A DNA stretch of 64,000 nt from Desulfomicrobium sp. (GCA_040768745.1 JAXGMI010000001.1:1824001-1888000); one strand, 5' to 3'. Shown: positions 1 through 9,020, counted from the stretch's first letter. Made by a program: numbers and translations. Notes: a model not told the origin generated them from the sequence alone.

Positions 1-798
1 GTATGGTTTCAGAGCGTCAAAGTAAGCACGGGGAACCATGAAGGTGTCTCTGAAATCAATCTCGCGAGTTTCTTTTACGATGTTACCGATGGTGATGAAC
101 GGAACGCCTGTCGGAGATTTAGGCGGCGGTAAATGGTCGCCGTCCGTGATGTCTGTTGCCAAGTCCGCAAGCGTAACTGGTTCTCCTGTTTGCCATTGGT
201 CCGCAAAGACGGATTGGAGATGGCTTTCGAAGAGGGCGCGGGCGTTTTGGAGATTCTTTTCGGCGTTGGCTTTGGCGGTGGCGAGGCCCGCAAATGCTTC
301 GTCGAGAATGGCGACGATCCGCTGCTGTTCGGGGAGCGGAGGGACGGGAATATCGACACTTTGAAGTTTTTGAATCGTCAGAGTATCGACCGTTGCGCCA
401 TTGCCTCGGTCGAGTTGGTCAAAGAAGGAAGGCGACTTCAGCCATAAATTGACGAACTCGCTGCTTACCTCGGCGGCTCGCTTCATCCAGAGAACGCTCG
501 CGTCCTTGAAGTAAAACTTGTCGCTGCTTCGGACAACATGTGAGTTCCCGATTGTTCCAATCGCGGTGATGACAATGTCGCCCGCTTGAGGAACGCCGTA
601 TTTTTTCGATAGCTCGGCAAAGTGCTTCTCTGAGATGAAAAGCTCGTTGTTTACGAAACCGTCGGCTGCCAGTCGCGTCACTTCGCGCCCACGGTAGAAG
701 GGAACGCCCTCAGTCTTCCATTGGGATTTCAGAACGCGTTTGCTTGAGCCAATCTGGTAGAGATCGCTCAGCTTTTTTTTGGGCCACCCCTTCTTCAT
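1..798 (-). CDS. hsdS: Type I restriction-modification specificity subunit (5' part; runs off left edge)
   Basis: Hand translation from ATG 798: MKKGWPKKKLSDLYQIGSSKRV...GDIVITAIGTIG...IPVPPLPEQQRIVAILDEAF...DITDGDHLPP. Open to position 1; typical TRD plus the conserved PPLxEQQRIV spacer. Not in the ORF track because its stop is outside the window. Confidence 0.93.
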   Translation of the reverse strand, partial: MKKGWPKKKLSDLYQIGSSKRVLKSQWKTEGVPFYRGREVTRLAADGFVNNELFISEKHFAELSKKYGVPQAGDIVITAIGTIGNSHVVRSSDKFYFKDASVLWMKRAAEVSSEFVNLWLKSPSFFDQLDRGNGATVDTLTIQKLQSVDIPVPPLPEQQRIVAILDEAFAGLATAKANAEKNLQNARALFESHLQSVFADQWQTGEPVTLADLATDITDGDHLPPPKSPTGVPFITIGNIVKETREIDFRDTFMVPRAYFDALKPY

Positions 799-896
799 AG
801 CAGAGCCTTGATGTTGCTCAATACTACCGTGTTTTCGGCAGGATGACAGATGGAAATCATGGAAAGTATGTGATTGAAGTGCGTCATAGGCATCAT
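795..896 (-). CDS. 33-aa linker mini-ORF ending in an hsdM-like tail (possible translational coupler)
   Basis: MMPMTHFNHILSMISICHPAENTVVLSNIKALL*. Its ATG overlaps the upstream stop (ATGA) and its stop overlaps the hsdS ATG (ATGA). Confidence 0.45.
   Translation of the reverse strand: MMPMTHFNHILSMISICHPAENTVVLSNIKALL
850..876. repeat. Degenerate 9-bp tandem array downstream of the four-helix-bundle gene
   Basis: + strand ATGGAAATC ATGGAAAGT ATGTGATTG. Confidence 0.6.
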
Positions 897-1585
897 TTCT
901 TGTGTTGCTGGTTGCGGTGCGCGAGCCGCGCCTGGAACATCCGTTCGCGGAGGCCGCCTTGTTCCAGGAAATCTGTTTCCAACCGACGCAGTTGCTGGTC
1001 GAGCAGGTAGTTGGTCTGGTGAATCAGGCAGATGGCAATGTTGGCGATGACCTCGGGCGGTCGGGTTTCCACATACTCACGGTAAAGTTCAAAGGTATGT
1101 GGGGTCTTGCGGCCGAGGCGGCGGACAAATTGCGCTTCCTTGGAGTCCTTGTCCCAAATGACGTGGTCGCGCACGCGAAGATAGTCGCGGTAATCGGCGA
1201 GCAGCTCTTCGAGACTGGCCCGCCCGACATTGGTCAGCTTGATCTCGGATTCCTTGGAGGTGAGCCCGGCTTTGCTGCCTTCAAGGATGTTCTGCTTGCC
1301 GGAGCGCGCGGCCTGGATCATCTGGTCCACGGTGCGGTCGCCCTTGCCGAGGTACTTGTGGGCGAAGCGGTGCGTGATGTCGTAGATGACTTCGGCTTTC
1401 TGAAAAGAGAGCAGGGTTTGGTAATCGCCGCGCGGGGGGATGATGGGATGGGCGTCGGGCGAAGGTGGCTGAGAATGGGAGATATGGGAATTATGGGAGC
1501 CAGGGGAAATATGATTATCGGCATTTCCATGTTTTTCATTCTGCCCATCATTCCCATGCTTCCCATATTTCTCATCAGTATTCAT
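893..1585 (-). CDS. Four-helix-bundle protein with suffix domain (23S rRNA IVP/Avd-like; TIGR02436 + TIGR04258-like)
   Basis: GDYQTLLSFQKAEVIYD...RTVDQMIQAARSGKQNILEGS...KLTNVGRASLEELLADYRDYLR...NIAICLIHQTNYLLDQQLRRLETDFLEQGGLRERM; low-complexity repeat-encoded N-terminus. Confidence 0.88.
   Translation of the reverse strand: MNTDEKYGKHGNDGQNEKHGNADNHISPGSHNSHISHSQPPSPDAHPIIPPRGDYQTLLSFQKAEVIYDITHRFAHKYLGKGDRTVDQMIQAARSGKQNILEGSKAGLTSKESEIKLTNVGRASLEELLADYRDYLRVRDHVIWDKDSKEAQFVRRLGRKTPHTFELYREYVETRPPEVIANIAICLIHQTNYLLDQQLRRLETDFLEQGGLRERMFQARLAHRNQQHKK
1475..1575. repeat. Palindromic 9-bp periodic array (five units facing six inverted units)
   Basis: + strand ATGGGAGAT ATGGGAATT ATGGGAGCC AGGGGAAAT ATGATTATC (1475-1519). 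Minus-strand ATG-units start at 1575, 1566, 1557, 1548, 1539 and 1530. Confidence 0.85.
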
Positions 1586-3036
1586 AGCAGTTCCCGGATA
1601 GTGGCCAGCACCTTTGCGCTCTCAGCATCCAGCGCCGCGATTTCGTCCATGATTTCCTGTGGGCTGCGGTGTTTCACCTCTTCGCCGTTGTTCGGGTTCT
1701 TGGCCGAAAGGTCAAAGCTCGTCCGATCTATGCCGGTAACATCCACACTCCAGCTTTTGGGCGAGTCGGCCTTGGTTTTTTGCAGCTCCACGAACTCGGC
1801 CAGATCGGCGTCGTTCAAGGCCGTGGTCTTGCCCAAACTGCGGCCGGGGTCGAGTTGATAGAACCAGACCTTGCGAGTGGGCCGGCCTTTTTCGAAAAAG
1901 AGGACCACGGTCTTCACGCCAGCACCCTGGAAGGTGCCGCCTGGACAATCGAGGACCGTATGCAGGTCGCAGCTTTCCAGCAGCATTTTGCGCAACGACA
2001 CTGAAGCATTGTCCGAGTTGGACAGGAACGTGTTCTTGATGACCACGGCCGCCCGGCCCCCGGCTCTCAGCATCTTGATGAAGTGCTGCAGGAAGAGGAA
2101 GGCCGTCTCGCCGGAACGGATGGGGAAGTTCTGCTGGACCTCTTTGCGCTCCTTGCCGCCGAAGGGCGGGTTGGCCAGGATCACGTCGAAGCGGTCCTTG
2201 TCCTGGATGTCGGCCAGGTTTTCGCTCAGGGTGTTGGTGTGGACGATGTTCGGGGCCTCGATGCCATGCAGGATCATGTTCATGATGGCGATGACATAGG
2301 CCAGGGACTTCTTTTCCTTTCCGTAGAAGGTGCGTTCCTGGAGGGTCTTCAGGTCGTCCGTGGTCAGGTCCGGCTTGGCCGTGAGATAGGTGAAGGATTC
2401 GCACAGGAAGCCGGCCGAACCGCAGGCGCCGTCATAGATGCGCTCGCCGATCCTGGGCTGCGTAACCTGGATCATGGCCCGGATGAGCGGGCGCGGCGTG
2501 TAATATTCCCCGCCGTTGCGGCCCGCGTTGCCCATGCGCTTGATCTTCTCTTCGTACAGGGCCGAGAGTTCGTGCTTTTCGCTCTGGGAACCGAAACGCA
2601 GTTCGTCCACGTGGTCGATGATGTCGCGCAGGGTGTAGCCGCTGCGGATCTTGTTTTTGATCTCGCCGAAAATCTCGCCGATCTTGTATTCGATGGTGTC
2701 CGGCCCGGTGGCCCGCTGCTTGAATCCGTGCAGGTAGGGGAAGAGCTTGCGGTCCACGAAGTCGACCAGATCATCCCCGGTCATGGCCTTGTTGTGGTCC
2801 AACTTGCCGCCGCCGTTCTTGGGCGCGGCCCACGCCTCCCAGCGGTAGGGCGCATCAAGGATGAACGAATACTCCCGCCCTTCCAGGGCCGCTTCCGTGG
2901 CCTTGTCCTGCTCCAGCGCATCGAGATATTTGAGAAAGAGCAGCCACGAGGTCTGCTCCGTGTAGTCGAGTTCCGTCGTGCAGCCGCTCTCTTTCCAAAG
3001 CGCGTCGTCGATATTCCTGAATGCTTGTTCGAACAT
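1582..3036 (-). CDS. hsdM: Type I R-M N6-adenine DNA methyltransferase subunit
   Basis: MFEQAFRNIDD start; GEYYTPR, DGACGSAGFL (SAM-binding) and ANPPF (catalytic) motifs. Confidence 0.95.
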   Translation of the reverse strand: MFEQAFRNIDDALWKESGCTTELDYTEQTSWLLFLKYLDALEQDKATEAALEGREYSFILDAPYRWEAWAAPKNGGGKLDHNKAMTGDDLVDFVDRKLFPYLHGFKQRATGPDTIEYKIGEIFGEIKNKIRSGYTLRDIIDHVDELRFGSQSEKHELSALYEEKIKRMGNAGRNGGEYYTPRPLIRAMIQVTQPRIGERIYDGACGSAGFLCESFTYLTAKPDLTTDDLKTLQERTFYGKEKKSLAYVIAIMNMILHGIEAPNIVHTNTLSENLADIQDKDRFDVILANPPFGGKERKEVQQNFPIRSGETAFLFLQHFIKMLRAGGRAAVVIKNTFLSNSDNASVSLRKMLLESCDLHTVLDCPGGTFQGAGVKTVVLFFEKGRPTRKVWFYQLDPGRSLGKTTALNDADLAEFVELQKTKADSPKSWSVDVTGIDRTSFDLSAKNPNNGEEVKHRSPQEIMDEIAALDAESAKVLATIRELL

Positions 3037-3259
3037 GGCGTTTCTAAGGGTTGGCCAGCGCATAGCGGCCAGTGGGCAATGGTTTGGAATCAGAAAACCA
3101 GGTGTTTTTCTAGGTTACAACAGCCGGAGCAGACAAGGCCAATTTTGCAGCCGTGGCCCGGCGGCGGGTTCGGGGTGTTAAAAGAGCAAAAAATTTCTTT
3201 TTGCAAAAAAAATATGAGTATGTTATTTAATAACCATGAAAAACTGTTAAAACGCCGCG

Positions 3260-4351
3260 TCAGGCACAGGCCTGCATCGGCTGAACATTGGGTCGAAGTA
3301 TGTGCCCAAGGAATTTGAGATACAAAAAACACAGAACCCGGATGAACTTCCGGAAATTGAACGCGGCACAGGCCATGAACAGATTCACGGCGTCGCCGAC
3401 CTGGCCTTTGAGGTAATTGCGCAGCATCCTGTGGTCGTTCTTGAGGTGGCCGATGATCGGTTCGATGGCCGCACGCCGACGGAACCGTTCCCTGGCTTGC
3501 CGTTTGTCAGAAGCTGTTTTCGTCCGCTTGCCTGACTCGGGAATTTCGATGCTGGTCACGCCGACCTTGCGCTTGCCGCGGTATCCTCGGTCGCAGATCG
3601 CCATGGTCGGCCGTTGCCCCACGATGCTTTCGACTTGAGACAGAACCGCAGGCAGCGTGTGCCCGTCGAAAGGATTGTCCTGGAAGGACAAGGCGCCAAC
3701 GATGATGCCGCTGGTCTTGGTCACGGTCACGGAGGCTTTGGCGCCGAACTCGTACTTCTTGTGAGCCTTGCCTTTGCTGATGCAGGACACTCCGGGTTCG
3801 TGGAGGCTGTAGATCTTGCCGGTGTCGGATCGCTGCTCTGGCTGCATTCCGGTCTTCTTCCACAGTTCGACCGAGCAGCGGGGCAACTGGGCATCCAGGT
3901 CAGTTTCCAAGGCGATCCGCTGAAACCGTTGCCGCAAAATCTCGGCGGAAGGAACGCGTCCAAGGCCAAGGCTGGTCGCGAAGAAATCGTCGCCGTAGTA
4001 CTCACGAACATGGTCGAAATCCGTTTTGCCTTGGCACATGAGGCCGACCAATGTGCGGAAAATTTCGCGCTCCTTGATCTGCGGAGCTTTTCCAGGCCCA
4101 AGACGATCGACCAGTGTATCCAGACCGCAAACCCTGGCCATCTCGCTAATCAGGGCCAGGCCGACATGACCAATGTTGTTTCCTTCGTTTCGCTTGATAT
4201 CGGTGATGAGCATTGCAAACTCCTGTCGCACCCAATGGGTGCAAAAACTCATTCAGGAAAAGCAAACCCAATATACCGGTATCATTGATTTATTTCAAGT
4301 ACAAAATGTTTCAAAACTCTATATTCAATGCAACTTTTTCACGGATTTAGG
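3260..4351 (-). mobile_element. Chimeric IS remnant: IS1380-family 5' half fused in frame to IS5-family 3' half (ORF 3260-4213)
   Basis: N-terminal GHVGLALI...GKTDFDHVRE...GRVPSAEILRQR is IS1380-like; C-terminal KIYSLHEP..CISKGKAHKKYEFG..CDRGYRG..RRRAAIEPIIGHLK is IS5-like. Candidate left end CCTAAATCCGTGAAA at 4351; right end not identified. Confidence 0.8.
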
Positions 4352-4551
4352 TTAAAAGTCATCAACCTTGAAGAGGATGTTCTCTGCTTTCACTGTGATT
4401 CAATCTGTATGTCTGTCTTCTGGAAAAATTATTTCAAAATAGTTGCAAAAATACATATTATATTTTCAGAATCTGATCAAATTCATCTATTACAATTAAT
4501 AACGTAATTTTTTTTGTGATAACAATTTAAAATTACAATCATTATTCAATA

Positions 4552-5442
4552 ATGAATAAAATCATTTTCTTATACAAATTTATTTTTTTAAATTTTTTCA
4601 TTATTTCATTATCTTTAATTTTTATGAATATAAATTTATTTGCTTCAGAATTAAAATATAATATGAAAAATTCAATACAAATTGTAGATGAATCAACTGG
4701 AAAAAAAACATCGTATGAATTACTGGATACAGTATACGATCAAAAATTTAAAAATTTTGTTGTTTCAATTTCAAACTATATATCTGACAATATTGAAAAA
4801 TTAATAAATTTTTATAATTGTTCAAATGATAATCCGAAAATTGAACTTTGTTTTGTCTATAGGCCATTGATTCTTCAAAAAGCAGGAGGAGAATGCAGTA
4901 GTCTTATCACTGATGATTTGAAATCAAACATTATCTCTCATTTGAAGAGCCCTTGGGTGACCATTACAAGAAATCGTTCACCAATGCTTACACTTCATGC
5001 GGTGTTCATGTGGAACGAGCGGCAAGTTCTGATTGATCAGGCTTTGCTGGCGGGGTCTGATATTGCGCAAATCAAGTCGAACGCATCGATTGAGGCCGCT
5101 GTGTTTGAAAAATATGTTGAGGAGTATGCAAATTCTATCCTCCTTGCTCCGACTCCGGAAGCTCAAGCTGAAGCCAATGTCCGTATCGTTGAACGAATTC
5201 CTGCGGATATCTTGTGGCTTTTCAGGCAAGGGTGGCAAAGCACTCACGCACCATTCTCTATGGAATCGAGGCATACTCTTCATCTTGTTCTTGAACGTGC
5301 TGTGAATCAATATATCGATCTGTCAAAAGCACTTTTTGACAGATGTTTTATTTCAAAAAATACAAATGAACAATTTCATAATATTTTCTCTTTACATTCA
5401 ATTATTGATATCAACAAGCATAAAATTAAAAAGTTTCATTAA
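4552..5442 (+). CDS. Hypothetical exported/membrane-anchored protein, very AT-rich 5' half
   Basis: 296-aa ORF with a hydrophobic N-terminus; directly upstream of, and co-oriented with, the RTX gene. Confidence 0.7.
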   Translation: MNKIIFLYKFIFLNFFIISLSLIFMNINLFASELKYNMKNSIQIVDESTGKKTSYELLDTVYDQKFKNFVVSISNYISDNIEKLINFYNCSNDNPKIELCFVYRPLILQKAGGECSSLITDDLKSNIISHLKSPWVTITRNRSPMLTLHAVFMWNERQVLIDQALLAGSDIAQIKSNASIEAAVFEKYVEEYANSILLAPTPEAQAEANVRIVERIPADILWLFRQGWQSTHAPFSMESRHTLHLVLERAVNQYIDLSKALFDRCFISKNTNEQFHNIFSLHSIIDINKHKIKKFH

Positions 5443-5465
5443 AATTGAACAGAGAGGGTATTTGT

Positions 5466-8423
5466 ATGGCATTTTCAGACATCGAGGCAAAGACAACGAT
5501 CACTGGATTCACCGATGATCAGAAAACTTCAATCCTTGCAGACTTAAAAAAGGCGTATGAAGGTTCTGAAATAGCCAAAAAAATGTTCGATGATTGGATC
5601 GCAACAGCAGGACACACCATAGATATAAAGTATGTTGCTGGAAAATATCAGGCTTGGACTTCAACAGGACGGGTTGAAATAGATCCAGCATATTTATCAG
5701 ATGCGAGTTATATAAACGATAAAGGAACACCGATATTGGATTCACAGTTAACTGCTCTTACTCACGAACTTGGTCATGCGTTGACAGGAAGACGTGACAA
5801 CATAAGTGCTGTTGACTATCAAGGTGATAATGTCAGATACGTCAATACGATCTGGAATCAACTTGGATTGGAGAAGCAAATATCTTACGTAGCATACGCA
5901 AGAAATACTATTCATAAAGTCGGATATACATATACCAATGGTGCAGCCATAGATGCTGCCCGTTCCGGCGACATAGATATGAGTTTAACCGCGCTTAATG
6001 TATCGAACGATCTGTTGATTGGCGGCCCTTCCGCCAACATACTCCAGTCTGGCGGCGGGAACGACTTTCTTTTCGGAGCGGGGGGGGATGACCGATTGCT
6101 GGGTGGTGCCGGTACTGACACGGCAGTCTATTTCGGTTCACCGCTGGACTACGACATCCGGTTGACTGCGGATGGTACGTGGTCCGTCAAAAACGTGCGT
6201 GGTGCCAAGGATGCCGGTTTGGATATCTTGAAAAACATTGAAAAGGTGCAGTTTGACGCCACTGGCGGCGGCCACATTGCCTACGAGCTCAAAAAAGGCG
6301 GGCTTTCCTACCAAACCGATTTCGCCCTGGTCATAGATAGATCGGGGAGTATGGGTGATGATATAGATTCCGTGAAGGCGGTCTCTACCAGTCTTGTGAA
6401 TGCAGCATTCGGCGACGGGACGAAGGATGCCCGCATTGGCGCTGTCACATTCTCCGATACCGAATACGGTGAACCGACCAATGTGGTCCTTCAGTTCACA
6501 GACCAGGATGATTTTGCGGAAAGAAAGAGTGCCGCGATTGCCGCCATTAATGGCATTGGGCTGGATTGGGGTGGGGATGAGCCGGAAGTGGCTTTTGACG
6601 GCCTTCTTAAGGCGCTGGATGGGAGTATGGGCGAATGGAGGGCCGGCGCTGGCATCAAGCGTATTGCTCTGTTCACTGATGCGCCCGCTAAGGACAGTTC
6701 CCTTGCAGATCAGGTGACGGCACTTGCTCACAACATCGGGTTTTCAGTCGGATCTCGCTCAACTCTCTCGGGTGTTGGTGGTTCGGTCGACACCTTTAGC
6801 CTTACGTTCGAGGGTGACAGTTCGCTTCCTGCGGCTCGTGCTTTCCCAGATGACCCTGAAGCTGATGAGCTGCCCCCTTTTGAAATGACAGAAGAAGCCG
6901 TCGATCCTGATCCGACCACGACGCAAGTTCAGATATTCACGATAGTTACTGGAACTCCATACTGGGACACTTATGCATTTGAATCGATCTCGAGCGGCAA
7001 TGCTGGTCAGTTTCTGAGCGCTCCGGATAACGATACACTGGTAGATCTGCTTTTTGACATCGTCGAAGGCAAGGTTCCAGGGAACAATCCGCCGACAGAC
7101 ATGACCCTCTCCGCCAATGTGATTGCCGAGAATGCGGTCCTGGGACAGATTGTCGGCAGTCTCTCAACAACTGACGCGGACGCAGGGGAGACGTTCGTCT
7201 ATTCGTTGATCAATAATTCGGAACAGTTGTTCGGAGTCAACGGAGTGGACCTGGTTGTATCGGGAGCGTTGGACTTCGAGGCCGCCTCTTCGCATGACAT
7301 CACGGTGCAGGTAACGGATTCTGGAGGCAATGCGTACGTCAAGACGTTCACTGTCGACGTGACCAACATTGTTGGTGTTACCATAGCCGGCACAGACACT
7401 ACAGATGTGATTGATGCGGTTCATACAATTCTGGGTCAGCCGCTACCAACCGGTGAGGAGGATGCGATCACGGGTCTGGGCGGCGATGACTTCATCAGCG
7501 GCCTGGGCGGCAACGATACAATCGACGGTGGCTCAGGAAACGACACGCTCAAAGGCGGAACCGGCAACGACATGGTGGCCGGTGGAACCGGGAATGACAT
7601 TTTTATCTATCAATCTGGGAATGACACGCTCAATGGTGGAGCGGGCCAGGACACGGCAGTCCTGCCCATGTTCCCCGACGTGTATTCCCTGGTCCAGGAG
7701 GCTCCGGGGAGAATCAGGGGGACCTACGCGGATTACACCCTGACCCTGGAGGATGTGGAGTTCGTCCAGTTCGGGACATATTTCCAGACCACCCTTGCTG
7801 TGGGCGACCTGGCCTCGGGTCAGGCCAAGCTGCAGCTTGGCCGTCTGACGGATCTCTACCTGGCCTTCTTTGGCCGGGCACCCGATGTATCCGGTCTGGA
7901 ATACTGGCAGGAACGGCTGATGGAGGAGGGGCGGGATTTCGCCACGATCTCCAAGGACTTCGCGTGGAGCGATGAGGCCCAGCGTCTTTTCCCGCGGGAC
8001 GCCAGCAACCGGGAGTTCGTGCAGGCCATTTACCAGAACTGCTTTGACCGCGATCCGGACACGGGCGGATGGGACTACTGGACCCAGCGGTTGGATGCCT
8101 TGGGTTCGACGGATCTGAACGATCGCGGGTCCTTTGTGGGCGAGCTGATTCTGGGGGCGTACGCCGTGACGAGCGGAGAGGAGGATCGCGGCCTGCTGAC
8201 CCACAAGCACGAAGTGGCGATGCACTATGTGAACAGGTTGTCGGAGCAGCCGGAGGAGGAATTCGACGCCAGCATCAACGACCTGCTGGAGCTGGTCACC
8301 GGGGACTCGGGAACGCAGTCCAAAGCTGAGGCGGTCATCGACCATGTGTTCGAGGACCCGATCACCCTGACCGGGGTGATGAATGACCCGGCCCTGCTGG
8401 AGTCCATCTGGAGTGCTGCGTGA
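5466..8423 (+). CDS. Secreted multidomain protein: HExxH metallopeptidase-like + RTX Ca-binding repeats + VWA + cadherin + RTX + DUF4214-like C-terminus
   Basis: THELGHAL; GGGNDFLFGAGGDDRLLGGAGTD; VIDRSGSM (MIDAS); NNPPTD..ENA..TDAD..LDFE (cadherin); GLGGDD/GGSGND nonapeptides; LYLAFFGRAPDVSGLEYW and RDPDTGGWDYW. Confidence 0.88.
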   Translation: MAFSDIEAKTTITGFTDDQKTSILADLKKAYEGSEIAKKMFDDWIATAGHTIDIKYVAGKYQAWTSTGRVEIDPAYLSDASYINDKGTPILDSQLTALTHELGHALTGRRDNISAVDYQGDNVRYVNTIWNQLGLEKQISYVAYARNTIHKVGYTYTNGAAIDAARSGDIDMSLTALNVSNDLLIGGPSANILQSGGGNDFLFGAGGDDRLLGGAGTDTAVYFGSPLDYDIRLTADGTWSVKNVRGAKDAGLDILKNIEKVQFDATGGGHIAYELKKGGLSYQTDFALVIDRSGSMGDDIDSVKAVSTSLVNAAFGDGTKDARIGAVTFSDTEYGEPTNVVLQFTDQDDFAERKSAAIAAINGIGLDWGGDEPEVAFDGLLKALDGSMGEWRAGAGIKRIALFTDAPAKDSSLADQVTALAHNIGFSVGSRSTLSGVGGSVDTFSLTFEGDSSLPAARAFPDDPEADELPPFEMTEEAVDPDPTTTQVQIFTIVTGTPYWDTYAFESISSGNAGQFLSAPDNDTLVDLLFDIVEGKVPGNNPPTDMTLSANVIAENAVLGQIVGSLSTTDADAGETFVYSLINNSEQLFGVNGVDLVVSGALDFEAASSHDITVQVTDSGGNAYVKTFTVDVTNIVGVTIAGTDTTDVIDAVHTILGQPLPTGEEDAITGLGGDDFISGLGGNDTIDGGSGNDTLKGGTGNDMVAGGTGNDIFIYQSGNDTLNGGAGQDTAVLPMFPDVYSLVQEAPGRIRGTYADYTLTLEDVEFVQFGTYFQTTLAVGDLASGQAKLQLGRLTDLYLAFFGRAPDVSGLEYWQERLMEEGRDFATISKDFAWSDEAQRLFPRDASNREFVQAIYQNCFDRDPDTGGWDYWTQRLDALGSTDLNDRGSFVGELILGAYAVTSGEEDRGLLTHKHEVAMHYVNRLSEQPEEEFDASINDLLELVTGDSGTQSKAEAVIDHVFEDPITLTGVMNDPALLESIWSAA

Positions 8424-8747
8424 ATCATGATTTTCTGACAACGGAGTCAGGGAGAGCGGAGGGGCTCTCATGTCGGATGGGAAAATGTGCCGTAAGCCGG
8501 TGTCTGTGGAGCTGCATGTCTGCCTTTTGTGCATGTTGATGCTGTTGATGGTGTTCTCCACAGGATCGGAGGGTATGGACTGGGGAGAGAAAGATGCGAT
8601 GGAGCGTCATTATTAAGAAAGGTAAGCTCCCCTTGTTCCATGAAATCGAGCGGGCTATATTGTAACCGGAAATGTGCCGCCGGCCATGCTGCGCAGGGAA
8701 TTGTTCCCTGGGCGGTGGGGTTGCGCGGGAAATGAGGAGAGGTGACG

Positions 8748-8936
8748 ATGAGAAAGGGACTGATGGCACTGATTCTGGCGATGCTGCTTTGCTCTTCTCT
8801 CGCCTTTGCGGGGAATGCGCCCGGACCCCAGCAGGATTCAGGCGACGGCATTCCGGACGGAAGCGCGTTCTTTGATCCCGATTATACGGGAGCCCTGCCC
8901 ATTGGGTGGAGTACTGCTCCTGGACCCGGCAGATAA
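8748..8936 (+). CDS. Small secreted protein (62 aa) with SGDGIPDGS motif
   Basis: RBS AGGAGAGG; signal peptide MRKGLMALILAMLLCSSLAFA; downstream terminator. Confidence 0.7.
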   Translation: MRKGLMALILAMLLCSSLAFAGNAPGPQQDSGDGIPDGSAFFDPDYTGALPIGWSTAPGPGR

Positions 8937-9020
8937 CGTCAGGTGCAGGTGCTGCAAATGGGAGCGATGTTCTTTGACTTGCTAGACACAACAGGACATC
9001 GCGAGGATTGGTCAATTTTG

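Noticed and set aside
1318..1575. 85-aa Met-rich ORF (MRNMGSMGMMGRMKNMEM...)
   Set aside because: Alternative-frame reading of the 9-mer array, not an independent gene.
1475..1575. Possible CRISPR array
   Set aside because: Units are contiguous 9-mers without spacers; no cas genes; no CRISPR array seen anywhere in the window.
893..1585. Possible diversity-generating retroelement (Avd-like gene)
   Set aside because: No reverse transcriptase and no TR/VR pair with adenine-specific mismatches visible in the window.
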